64,000 bases of DNA from Chrysomallon squamiferum (Eukaryota > Animalia > Mollusca): assembly GCA_012295275.1 (NCBI GenBank), contig CM022671.1, positions 16,430,001 to 16,494,000 on the forward strand. Reading direction: 5' to 3'. The notes beneath the pieces were generated by a model. That model did not search any database. It saw only the letters and a program-made list of their open reading frames with translations, and was not told the origin of the DNA. Position numbers and translations under genes: made by a program. This document shows, piece after piece, positions 1 through 11,947 of the stretch (position 1 is its first letter; every line of letters begins with the position of its first letter).

Positions 1-198
1 CGGTTGTAATACGCAGAAATCTGGCACTTGTTTGTCAAATGTTAGCTCGCGGATTTGACAGGATTTATCACATTATTGATACAAAAACAGGGATGAAAAG
101 AATGCGAATTTTCATTTCTGTACGGAATGTCTTCAGAATGCAACGCAAGGGCGTCATTTGTTTACTGGTTGAGTTTAACATCAGAGAGGCGTTTTCAG

Positions 199-222
199 TA
201 ATAATAATAATAATAATAATAA

Positions 223-253
<31 letters not shown>

Positions 254-303
254 AAGAAGAAGAAGAAGAAGAAGAAGAAGAACAACAACAACAACAACAA
301 CAA
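199..303. repeat. Compound trinucleotide microsatellite (AAT)n(AAG)n(AAC)n
   Basis: Read directly. It explains the poly-I/R/T ORF 39..350 and the poly-L ORF 68..319. Confidence 0.95.
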
Positions 304-1238
304 TAACATGTTTTATCAATCCAAAAATGTTTACGATTTTAACTATGTGATATTAACACTCATGAACAGTAGGACAATATTTACATCGTTCCATTCTCAT
401 AGACGTCAATTTCCTGTTTCATTGCCAAATGACGCACATTGGGATGGAAAAAAAGTATTTATTTATTATTTTTTTTATTATTTTTTTTATTTAAAATTCA
501 CTATAGAAATTTCAATGCATTGTTTGCGGTGAACAAACCCAGCTAAGACAATGATATTTTAGAAGGATTTACCCAAAACTACAAACTTTTAGAATGTTTA
601 TTTAGAATTCATTTTTATGACGCACTCTATTTATTTATTTATTTGTTGTGTTCCTTCTGATATTTAGGAAAATTTGAGATATGCTTGTATTTCATGTCAT
701 ATAACTACAACATCAGTAAACTTAGTTTATATTTATTTCTTATCTCTTTTAAAACTTTATTTACTTACGTATTTCTGGAAATATTTCTGTGCCTTTCGTT
801 TAGTCTTCAGACATTTTTATTGTTTTCTGCAGCTGAATAAAAACTATAACATTAATTTGATTATTTGGATTTAACACCTGTCACATTCAGATTCTATAAA
901 CTTTTAATTATTAAAATTTTATATTTTGATTTCTGATTGAAATTCTTATCCTAAAAATATATGTATATTGTTTTTATAATCATCATCATTATTATCTTCT
1001 GCTTTTTTTCTTCATAATTTATATTGTTTTAATTATTGTTTTAATTTTTACTGTTGTAATATATTAAAATTACTGTTGTCATTATAGTTATTTTCAGTGT
1101 CGATTTCTTTCTTTTTTCTTAATGTTAATAATAAATAAATTTTATAAACAATAATAATAACATTGTAATACGTCATTATTGTTATTATTACATTCTTCCC
1201 GTTCTTTTTATTCAATTTGTTGTTATTATTATTTTCAG

Positions 1239-1289
1239 GTAAGAATCATGATGATTTTCTTTATTATTCCAAGTTGTCAAAGAAAGCAG
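1239..1289 (+). CDS. Internal 51-nt coding exon of the chitin deacetylase gene: (G)KNHDDFLYYSKLSKKA(G)
   Basis: Acceptor ttttcag|G at 1238/1239 and donor GCAG|gtatgt at 1289/1290. The exon is phase 1-1, open, and splices in frame to the exon at 2451. The start/signal exon was not found and may lie upstream of the window. Confidence 0.6.
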
Positions 1290-2450
1290 GTATGTTTGTT
1301 CTAATTATACTCTGGAAAATTATGCCGAAATATTAAACCAGTAACAAATTTTTACTTTTTCATTCCAAGATGCTAACTGATTTTTAAATACGTTTGAAGT
1401 AGAGATGTGTAGCTATTTAACATAATATATCAAATTATGATTTTGAAATTTTCACTTTGTAAATTATTTTAACTTCTTATTTTTTAAAATTAAAATGTCT
1501 CTTAAAACATAGATCCTCTTTTATTTTTAAACGTATTTTATTGGATATTTTTATTTAAAAAAAAAAAAAATCAGAACAAAAAAAAAGAACATTTATCACA
1601 CCATCTTTAATTATATTTCAGTATTTTCTTGGGTAATACCACAGACAAAGTTGTGGTATGACCTGTTTGAAACCAGTTAAAGGTTTATATTATCTATACT
1701 GTTAATTTTCAATTAACGCAATGCTCAGTAAAAAGTAAATTAAACTATACGGTGATGGAATTAACAATATATGTAAGTTAAGTTTTGTTTTACAGCAGCC
1801 TGGAGTTTGAAAACATTCACGCAAGTATTCTGTGTGATAAATTATCACACAGATATTTATTTTAAAACAGAATATCTTATATTGCAAAAACAACGTAAAT
1901 ATGTTGTATATCACAGTTTGGTTGTGTTGTTTTTAAAGCTTAAAGTGCAAAGTATTATCACAATTTCTGCTTGTTTTTATTTGTATCTGTGAATTTAAAA
2001 CTTATCTTCATCTTTATAAATCAGTATCAGTTAGGGTGTAATATATTTTTTATTAGCAAAATGAGTTGATACGTTTATTTGTTCATTGTATCCACCAGAC
2101 AGACGTTTTTTTTTTTATTTTTTTTTTTTTTTTTTTATTCCGACATTTATTCATTCATTCATTCATTCCTTTTCAGAAACAATCATTTTTTTTTCTTGTA
2201 AATATTTTATGCAAGAATTTTTAAGATCATCTTTTCTTCATTTAATTTTTTTCCATACAGTAAATTTGTATTTCATTATCCGATTTCTATTTCTTCTAAG
2301 TTTCTATATTTCAAATAAGGCTTTTCTAAACTGATATTTTAAATAATTCTTTAGTATATATTTCTTCAAGGTAAATGTTACAGCAGAGAAGTTTAAGTTA
2401 CCTGACTAAATTAAAGATTTAGCTCACGCATCGATATATTTTTCTTGCAG

Positions 2451-3400
2451 GTAAATGTACCCCAGAAAAGTGCAAGTTACCCGACTGTCGATGCATAGGA
2501 AGCGACATCCCTGGAGGTTTGCCTGTCACGCAGACGCCGATGATGGTGATGCTTACCTTCGACGACAGCGTCAATGTTGCAAACTTCGACTTCTTCCAAA
2601 AACTCTTTGACGGAAAATTCCGCAACCCTAACGGATGTGGCATCAAAGGTTCGTTCTTCATATCAGGGGACGCAACTCAGTACCACCTGGTGGAAGAGCT
2701 GTACAAAATGGGAATGGAAATCTCCTCGCACAGTTTGTCTCACAGGTCGCCGACCACGTGGTGGGCCAGAGCAGGTTACGACGGGTACGTGCACGAAATC
2801 GAGGGAATGAGGAAAAGACTGGCTCGCCAGGGTAAAATACCACACGACGACATCAAAGGCATGCGAGTTCCTTTCTTGCAAGTCGGAGGTGATGACCAGT
2901 TCCAGATGCTTCACGACTACAAGTATCTTTACGATTCGTCCATGGTTACTGGACACCTGTACCAAAATGACAAACCCCCGGTGTGGCCGTTTACTCTGGA
3001 CTGGGCTCCTGACTCCAAAACATGCTCCCTCACTCCCTGCCCCCAGAAATCGTATCCAGGACTGTGGGAAGTGCCTCTGATACGATGGTACGGTTCAAAT
3101 AAAATGGCGTGCGCCATGCCTGACGGGTGCGTTATTGGTCCAGGCAGACAAGGCACTTTAGACTACCTGAACAACAACTTCAACCGCCACTACAGCACCA
3201 ACCGAGCTCCCCTCGGCATCTTCATTCACGCTTCGTGGTTCAGAAGGAAGTCTGGCAACTTCGAGGGCATGATGGACTTCCTGCAGGAACTGTCCAGAAT
3301 GGACGACGTGTGGGTCATCACCATTTCACAAGTGATTGACTGGATTAAAAACCCGGTTCCTATATCGCAAGTGAAGAATATTGAGTCGTGGAAATGTTAA
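2451..3400 (+). CDS. Chitin deacetylase (CE4/NodB polysaccharide deacetylase, metazoan CDA type), terminal catalytic exon
   Basis: Acceptor tttcttgcag|GT at 2450/2451 extends ORF 2519..3400 upstream to KCTPEKCKLPDCRCIGSDIPGGLP, the Cys-rich lead-in typical of animal CDAs. CE4 motifs are intact: TFDD, HSLSH (metal-binding His pair), RVPFL, YDSS, GLWEVP, IFIH. GC-rich coding island; AATAAA at 3500-3505. Confidence 0.93.
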
Positions 3401-3567
3401 TTGTAAAAAAACACATAAAGAAAGCAGAACTACATACATACTGTAAATTGTTAAAGCCATAAACTGACTCTTAAATGACAAATCGTATGATGGTGTTAAA
3501 ATAAATTTATTCACCTTCAAATATAGGACAAAATATACTTATAATTTTTGTTATGAGTATGATTATG

Positions 3568-3618
<51 letters not shown>

Positions 3619-4394
3619 AAATGTATTTATATATTTGTCAACAATGATACTTGCAACAGTTTGCCTTAAAATATAAATTGTTATATAGTTTATGTATCCT
3701 CAGCATTTTGAAATATTAATTAATTAATTATTTTATTTATTTATTAAAGACAGAAATAGCTAAGCGTTAGAGGACTAGCGTGAATGTGAAAAATAGAATA
3801 GCTAATAGTTAGTGAGTACATACTTAAATTAAACAGCAGCAACAAATTACGGGAAAATAACGCTGGAACACTTTTGTTTTTTCTTTAAGAAGAGAAGCAT
3901 ACGAAGATATGAGAAAGGATATAAAATAAACCCGAGCAGTTTTATTTTCGTATACGCCGTAGGATATTTTCAAAATGATTTCTTTATGTTTTCATTACAA
4001 CTCCGGTAATTAATCTACATATGTTTTAAAAGGTAGCAGTGAATATGTTAGTGTGAATATATGTGCATTTTAAAGTAATTTAATTACTGTTTATGTGTAT
4101 ATAAAGTATGTATCAAAACTGCAGTTGTGTTAGTAACAGGATGTAGCAGGGTAGATAAACATTACATGTGTTCAGATATTTTGGTTAAAAGTTTATCATT
4201 GTTAATATTACTGACGTAAATCGGTCCAGCCATCTGAAGCCACTTATCGAACAAATATAATTAATATTCATCTTTGTGGCCTTTGAAAATTTTGATTATG
4301 TAAACTTGATAATATTTTCATACTAACTAGAACTATGGTTTAAGGAAATTAAAATGTATTTGCCTCAGGATATTTCCATTATTTATTTGCACTA

Positions 4395-4600
4395 TATCTT
4401 AAGGGAAAATTATGTTATATATAACAAAATATTATAATTTTCTAATGGAATTTTGATGCTGTATCTGCACGATATTGTAAGGAAAATATTAGGTTATATA
4501 TGACAAAAAATTTATATTTTTTATAATTAAATTTTCATGCTCGATCCTAAGGAAAAATTAGGTTATATATGACAGAAAATTATTTTATTTTCTAAGTAAA
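4395..4600. repeat. Degenerate ~70-80 bp tandem repeat, 3 copies
   Basis: AAGGAAAA(T)TTAGGTTATATATGACAAAAAATT... recurs at about 4401, 4479 and 4549. Confidence 0.7.
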
Positions 4601-5084
4601 TCGTATAGTAATGACAGTTTAGCAGAAGAAGATGGTAATAAAATAATATTAAAACATCAGATAAGTTGCTTCAGTGGACGGAATTCTTGCATGGCAGCGC
4701 TGACGAAACTTCTGTAATAACTTGCTCATCAGTGTAACGAGAACTATACACAACTGTCTCAGCTGTTACAAAACCTATGTACATATTTTTATTATTTATT
4801 GTTCACTGCTCTTGTAATTAGCCGTTTCGTTCTGTTTCATGTGTCGTCAAGTTTCTTGCCCGATGTTCTGTAAATAGTTGATTCACGTGGAATACTTGTG
4901 TACATAGTGTAAGTACTGTTAATAAAGTGTAAAGGAAAGAACATATGTGTTGTTGTTTTCATTTTCCGTGTTTTTGTATTATACATTGTCAGATTTTTCA
5001 CGTGGGTGTGCATGTGCGTCAAATATTATCTTTCTTTATCATCTTACCAACCTACCTATCTATATTTAAATATTTATTTCCTTG

Positions 5085-5085
<1 letters not shown>

Positions 5086-5174
<89 letters not shown>
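5086..5174. repeat. (CT)n microsatellite
   Basis: Read directly. Confidence 0.97.
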
Positions 5175-5177
<3 letters not shown>

Positions 5178-5437
5178 TGTGTATGGTGTTTAATTTAAAA
5201 AAACCCTGACAAAACGGGACTTTCTTCTGTACTTGATGGGTGAAGAGGTCAGCTTATTATTATTATTTAAAATTATCATCTACTCATTCCTACGAGCTAT
5301 AGCAGATCACTGGCGTATCGGCTTCCCATTTTTATGGAAGGGAAATGCAGGCCGATTGTTTGCTCTAACTTAAGAGTTTTAAAATTTACTCTTAAGACCA
5401 TACTATATATAATAAAATCAGACAAGAAATTTTACTC

Positions 5438-5470
<33 letters not shown>

Positions 5471-5823
5471 AGTCTCGTCCCTTGTTACTGCAAAAGGTGT
5501 GTATGATCTAATGAATATCACGTGAGATGAAGATACAGGCTACGATCGATCATTGCTGATGAGGTCAGTAATCAGTCGGTGTTACTACTTCAAATTAATA
5601 AACAATCATTTCAAATCACCCACGTATAACTACTGTCCTTTTGCTTTATGAATAAGTTTACATGCAGATATGTATATATACATATGCATGTACATTATAT
5701 TTATAAATACTGTCTTGAGGTGATTTCGTTGATTCTGTGAAACAATTCTTGTAATCTGTATTGTTCATTTATGTTCTGTAAATAAACAATCACACACACA
5801 CACACACATACACACGGTAACGG

Positions 5824-5890
5824 TATGACGTCATAATAGACGTAGAGTCATTAGAGACAACTCCAAAGCGGTCTTTGTTTACATATAAAT
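5824..5890 (+). promoter_or_regulatory. Perfect CRE palindrome (TATGACGTCATA; TGACGTCA at 5826-5833) and a TATA-like TATAAAT at 5884-5890
   Basis: Canonical CREB/ATF site about 80 nt upstream of the ATG at 5910. Function is inferred. Confidence 0.45.
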
Positions 5891-5909
5891 TTTAGTTTAT
5901 TTTCCTGAG

Positions 5910-6484
5910 ATGGGACAATTTCTAATTAAATTTGCATGTTGTGCATGCCTGAAAAAAAGAAGCACGAAGGTGTGCCCCTTTGTCCAGATTGAATCTCCAC
6001 TTACCTATCTGAGTGGGTTTTCGTCCACAACCTTACCCGTAAGTTTCGAAGAATCTGTCGATACCCTGCCAACCCTGTAAGTTTCATTTATTCATTATCA
6101 TTATAACTGCCAGAAGAAATATTATGATAATTACCGTTATTACTAAATAATAAAAATAATAATAATAATAATAACAACAACAACAATAACAATAATAACA
6201 ACAACAACAACAACAGTAACTAATTTCTCATAGTAGTTCTTCGTCGTCTTAATATTATTATTATTATTTCTTTTCTTTTCTAAAATTAGCTCTCCTCGGG
6301 TATACCGAAAGTCACCGTATCCTCACAAGATGCTAGCTCAGTTGCCAGGAATGGTGGATTCGTCTCCCTCGTGTTCAGCCAGCCAGTAGATGCTATCCGA
6401 ACAGAACTTCACGACATGCTTTGTATTCAGAAGGACGCAGTAACAACCCCAACATATACTGATAACCAAAACAACCTGATTTAA
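5910..6484 (+). CDS. Putative small two-exon orphan gene, N-terminus MGQFLIKFACCACLKKRSTK
   Basis: ATG 5910 opens a 56-codon frame. GTAAGT donors lie at 6039 (phase 0) and 6077 (phase 2). A pyrimidine-rich acceptor (tttcttttcttttctaaaattag|C) lies at 6289/6290. Both splice forms stay open for a further 33-64 codons. No homology recognised. Confidence 0.35.
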
Positions 6485-6664
6485 CGATGGAAACATTCCT
6501 GAAGCAACTACAAATTAATCATCACGGAGAAAATGGCATTGATGTTCATCGATCACGGCAAAATGATTCTTCACATGGTTGACAGGATGATCATACAGCA
6601 ACTTATTCGTACAGTATGCAGATTCATCAAAGATCATTTAGGATTAACATCACTGTAGTCTAAT

Positions 6665-7150
6665 ACACTAAGGTCGGGGACCATCAGGATACCAGGACAT
6701 TTACCAGTCGTGCCCAGAGTGCCTATACTTCCGGATTAAAGTAAGCCTCGTCATCTGATAGACAGTTTGCCACCTGCTAGAACAGAGTCTAAGTATTTTA
6801 TTATAACCTAGAGAACAGCAGGATGCCAGGAAATTTATCAGTGGGTCTAAAAGTGACTTTACTACCGGATTAAACTAAGCTTTTTTTCACGTGATATTCA
6901 TTTTGGATCCAGTGTACCAACGACTACAACAGAATCTAAGTTCTTTATTGTAACCTAGAGACCACCAGAATGCCAGGACATTTACCAGTTGGGTCCAGAA
7001 GAGACTATATTACCAGATAAAGCTAAGCATTTTCAGCTGATAAAAATTTCACATCGAGTTTGCCACTGACTGCTACAGAATCTAAGAGAGCACCAAGATG
7101 CAAGGAAATTTACCAGTGAGTCAAAAAGTGACTACTACATTACCAGATAT
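6665..7150. repeat. Degenerate ~130-145 bp tandem repeat, about 4 copies
   Basis: CCAGGA(C/A)ATTTACCAGT..GTC.A.AAGTGACT.TACT.CCGGAT.AA.CTAAGC...ACAGAATCTAAG recurs near 6692, 6826, 6973 and 7101. Confidence 0.75.
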
Positions 7151-7365
7151 TTTATTTATTTATTTTAAAATTAAATTACAAATACAAACAGCAGTCACGC
7201 TAATTGATGTCTCATGATTTTCTGCAGCTTAAATTTCCCAACAAAAATAAGAAAGCGGTGGTCATTGTTAATAATAATAAAAATAATAATAAAAGAATTT
7301 AAAAAAAAAAAGAAAACGGGAAAGAAGAAAAAGGGTACACTTAAAACGTATTATGAAAAAAAAAA

Positions 7366-7401
<36 letters not shown>

Positions 7402-9217
7402 TTAATTTTCTGCTTAAATTCAGTTAAACGTGAACAGATATGAAAAATGTCCCTGTTGTAAAAGACATCGACCGCTATTTAATTACTTGTAAAATTATAT
7501 TTGTTGTTTCTATTTTCTAAATAAAATTTTTTGAAGATAAAGATAAAATTCATATCTACAACAATAAGATAATATTTATCCGATTTTTTCTAAGGCGTAT
7601 TCTTTTGATGGTAGAAAAAAAATATATATTAAAAATGAAAGAAAAAAAATCACTGGTCTTTTTCTTATCAAATTAATGTTAATTTTTTTGGTGTTTTTAT
7701 TTTGTTTGTTTTTTTCCGATCATCACTGAAACAGTTAAAATTAAACAGCTTGTTCATTTTAACTCGAGGAAAGTTAGGTATGCAGGAAGTTCCTGTTTCT
7801 ATTCGAGTCAGCTTTGATTAATTGAAATGTCAGCCGCTATCAAGATATAAAACAAAACAACTTGTTTTTCTCAAAAGCCACAAACGATCTTTTATATTAA
7901 ACTTTTATAGACATATTTTATTCTCTTCTTCTTTTTTAAAATTATTATTCATAAACCAAAATAAAATTCCATTCACGAACAACTTCTTGAAGATACCACA
8001 GCTTCTAAAGGTAATCCTTAAAATAAATGTCATTAATATATATATATAAGAAATCAATCAGCAACAGGTTTTAATGTTTCAGATATCATAGTACTTTAGG
8101 CTTTGTGTATACATTTTATGTAGACTCAGTCTTTCTTTGATTATTTTTTCTTTGCGAGACATTTTATTTTATTATTATTTTTTTTTGATGTTGTAAATAT
8201 CCATTATAATAAAATGTGTTTAATTACAGAATTTAACAAATCTTTTGAGTTCAGATATCGTCATAGCTTAGGCTTTAGTTATACATTCTATTAAAAATGT
8301 ATGTTAACATTAACCATGTAAGTTATAAGATGTGTGAATGTAAATTAATAGTTTTAAATATTTTTTCTTGCAATATATTTCAATCAGGCAAATTTAAAAT
8401 TACATTTTTACAATAAATTTTAGTTAAAGTTTGACTACTTTTGTGGTTTTAACACCGAAACTAGAACTACTGGAAATAATTAACATTACTTTCCTTAAAA
8501 TTATTTATATTAATTTTTAATGTTTAACTGGGTAATTTTTTGAGCCACTGTGCCAATTTTTGTAAAATTATTTTGAATGATATATAATTCCAGTATTTTT
8601 ATTATTGATTTTATTTTATATTTATTTACTTTTTATTATTCCTTTTTTAACTTTATATTGATTTTATTTTATATTATTTTATTTTATTTTTATTTACCTT
8701 TTATTATTGTCTTTTTTTTTTTTTATTTTATTTACTTTTATTAGAACAGGACATATGGTTGCAATAAACAGAAAGTGGTACAAAGCATTAAATACAGTAA
8801 ATAATGAAACAAATGAAGAAACATTAAAAGTTACTTTCCAAGTTGAGATACTAACATTTATATACTAATTGATAAATGTGGAGAGAATTGTGTTTTTAAA
8901 TCAAATTTTAATGATGCTATTGTTAATGTCATGTTCTTTAATTTGTTCTTTAAAAATAATTCAGTATTCACGAAATGAAATAAAAAAGGAGAAAAAAGTA
9001 TTTTATATATATATATATACACTTCATTCTATCTTGGTTTGTAACTTATTTATTTATTTCACGTATAAAAGAGAGAATAAAATAAAAAATATATCTTAAG
9101 AACTGTTGTTTTTTAAGAGTTAATTAGAATTATTTTAGTCAGATATTGTGAATCAACTTCAGAGCATCTTTTATGTGTCACTTCCCATCACCAACGAAGC
9201 ATACCATGATCTTTTTG

Positions 9218-9240
9218 ATAATAATAATAACAATACTATC

Positions 9241-9319
<79 letters not shown>

Positions 9320-9340
9320 GTAACATTAATAATAATAATA
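9218..9340. repeat. (AAT)n microsatellite
   Basis: Read directly; source of the poly-N/L/I ORFs. Confidence 0.95.
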
Positions 9341-10229
9341 GCTGGAATGGCAAATTGTTAATTAGTTTTGCCATAATAAGACTGTTCCTATAACCAAACA
9401 TGTCCAGTGAAGAGTTCAGTGTGGCAGAGCTAGCTGGCTTACAAATGGTTAAGAAGTCACAATTGTTTACAGGCACCGTTATGTTCCATATGATGCACAG
9501 ACAGAGCAGAAAAAGAAAAAAAGGCAACAATATTTTATTTAACAATACACCAAGCTTTAGAGAAACATATCATAACCTTTGACATATAACTCCAGTTTTC
9601 CTACATTCCATGAAATTTCAAAATACTCATTTAGAACATAAATTCAGTTACCATTACACCACACATAATCTGCATCTGATGGGTAGAACAGAAAAATTTT
9701 AATAGTTGGGATAAAGTAATCCCATACACTGACCAATACACAAAGGACTGACTCCATCGATGAGTCATTACAATGTATAAGCCTTTTACAATGTATGTAG
9801 GAAAAGACTCTGTAATTATGAATATTCTTTTATCATGAGTCTGGGAAGGAATTTATATCTTTGATTTCCTGCAACTGTGTTTGTTGAATATGAAAATAAA
9901 AGGAAAAAATTTAAATGATAGAAGTAAATATACTGAATTTGAATAAAGAAAAACAAGTAAAATTATAACATGACAAATTTACTGTAGATATTTTGAAAAT
10001 AATAATAATCTTAACAGCATTTATATTAATAATAATATTAATCATACTATTAATACTAACTGTACTATTAGTCTAGTAAATGTAAGAAATAAACAAATAA
10101 CAAATACACATTTTAAAATTTTTATGCCATTTATTCTTATTTTTGGATGGTTTCTTCATGTTTTGAATGCAAGCAAAGCAATATTACAAAGCAGTTTCAA
10201 ATTATACTACTTTTGGTCTCATAGCCTAT

Positions 10230-10951
10230 TTTTGGATACTGTTAGATTTAAAAACATCTTTATTCTTGGCTGCTGTTACATTTTAGAAAATCTTTATTCT
10301 TGGCTACTGTTACATTTAAAAAATCTTTATTCTTGGCTACTGTTAGATCTTTGAAACTTTATTCTTTGCTGCTGTTAGATCCTAGTAACTGTTTATTCTT
10401 GGCTACAGTTAGGTCTTAAAATTTCTTTATTCTTGGCTACTGTTAGATGTTAGAAATGCTTGATTCTTGACAACATCAGATCTTAGAAACTCTTTATTCT
10501 CAGCTATGTTAGGTCTTAGAAACTCTTTATTCTTGACTACTGTTAGGTCCTAGAAACTTTATTCTTGGCTACTGTAGATCTTAGAAACTCTATTCTTGGC
10601 TACAGTTAGATCTTAGCAACTCTTTATTATTGGCTGCTGTTAGGTCTTAAAAACACTTTATTCTTGGCTACTGTTAGGTCTTAAAAACACTTTATTCTTG
10701 GCTACTGTTAGATGTTAAAAACTCTTTATTCTTGGCTACTGTTAGGTCTTAAAAACTCTTTATTCTTGGCTACTGTTAGGTCTTAAAAACTCTTTATTCT
10801 TGGCTACTGTTAGATCTTAGAAACTCTTTATACTTGGCTACTATTAGATCTTAGAAACTCTTTATTCTTGGCTACTGCTAGATCTTAGAAACTCTTTATT
10901 CTTGGCTACTGTTAGATCTTAGAAACTCTTTATTCTTGGCTACTGTTAGAT
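10230..10951. repeat. 34-bp minisatellite, about 21 copies (TCTTAGAAACTCTTTATTCTTGGCTACTGTTAGA)
   Basis: Units near 10850-10950 are identical and distal units are more diverged. Intact units read AATAAA on the minus strand. The array abuts the stop codon at 10952-10954. Confidence 0.95.
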
Positions 10952-11454
10952 TTAGATGATTAGATGATTGCTCAGTACATCATCATGATCACCAAGTTCA
11001 TTGTCAGGATCATTAAATTCACCCTGAAGCTCTCTAAGTTCATTATCATTGTCACCAACATCACCAAAATCAAGACCAAGAATATGACTGTCAAACTTAT
11101 AACGACTGTGTGATGTCCGTCTCATTAGCTTTGTCAGCATCATTTCCAGTTCTTTCTCAGTTTCATCCAGTTCCTTCTCACTGTCATTCAGATCATTTTG
11201 AAACTGGTTATCTCCTTGATCCTCAAGGTGATGGATCTCAGTATTATCATCATTCTTGTGCTGAATTTTGTTTTTCTCCTGGTGCCACTGGACTATCAGT
11301 TTTGTCAGATATATCAGTGGGATTAAATCTATCAGCAGAAACAGAAGCAGAAGATCAGTGGGACTGACAGTGTCAGGGGCAGCATTTGTAGATCTGGCAG
11401 GGCCAAGAATGGCCATTAAACTGAGTTTAGAAACAGACTTTGTTATGTTGGCTT
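10952..11454 (-). CDS. Terminal coding exon of a secreted acidic (D/E/N-rich) low-complexity protein
   Basis: Acceptor ttttttttgcag|AA at 11455/11454. Phase 1 matches the upstream exon and lands in the frame of ORF 10952..11485 (EANITKSV...DDNTEIHHLEDQGDNQFQNDLNDSEKELDETEKELE...). Confidence 0.65.
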
Positions 11455-11862
11455 CTGCAAAAAAAAATTGTTGAAAAAGCCCCAAAACAATGTAGTGTAA
11501 AGAATTTCTTGTTTTCAGGTTTTGTCAAATGCTATGGTTTATCCAGGTTACTTATCATACCTCTGTCTTTATGCTTCTCTTGAACAACACAGGTAAAACA
11601 AATAATTTGTTGTATGTTTTTTTCATTTTTAGTTTCAAATTTCAGATAACAATCTATATTATAATAATTTAGTTTTTATTATCAACTACAAAAATTACTT
11701 CATCAAAAAAAGTTACTTAACAAAACAAGAATTTTGAAATTTAATTTTTTTTTTCAAATCGTCAGAAAAGCAGATATGACAACAGTTGATTAGAATGGGA
11801 AAGAACAGTTAGGTGCAAGAAGACATGATTAAAAATATAACACTATTAATTACAAATTCTAC

Positions 11863-11947
11863 CTCTTTTCTCAATTCTCTGCATTGCAGCAGTATTTGTG
11901 TCCAGGTCTGATTTTGAATTTTCTGTGTGCTTTTCTTCCACATTTAT
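11863..11947 (-). CDS. Internal exon of the secreted acidic protein: INVEEKHTENSKSDLDTNTAAMQRIEKR
   Basis: Acceptor tttatttatag|ATA and donor AGAG|gtag. 85 nt, phase 0 to 1, open, ending in dibasic KR. Confidence 0.65.

Noticed and set aside
39-350. Poly-Ile/Arg/Thr ORF, and similar poly-N, poly-L, SL, ER and poly-S ORFs elsewhere
   Set aside because: Microsatellite artefacts.
2419-3339. Several short alternative-frame and antisense ORFs over the chitin deacetylase exon
   Set aside because: Shadow ORFs of a GC-rich coding exon.
5305-5580. Possible DNA-transposon end (CACTGGCGTATCGG...) beside a poly-A run
   Set aside because: No matching opposite terminus or target-site duplication could be identified.
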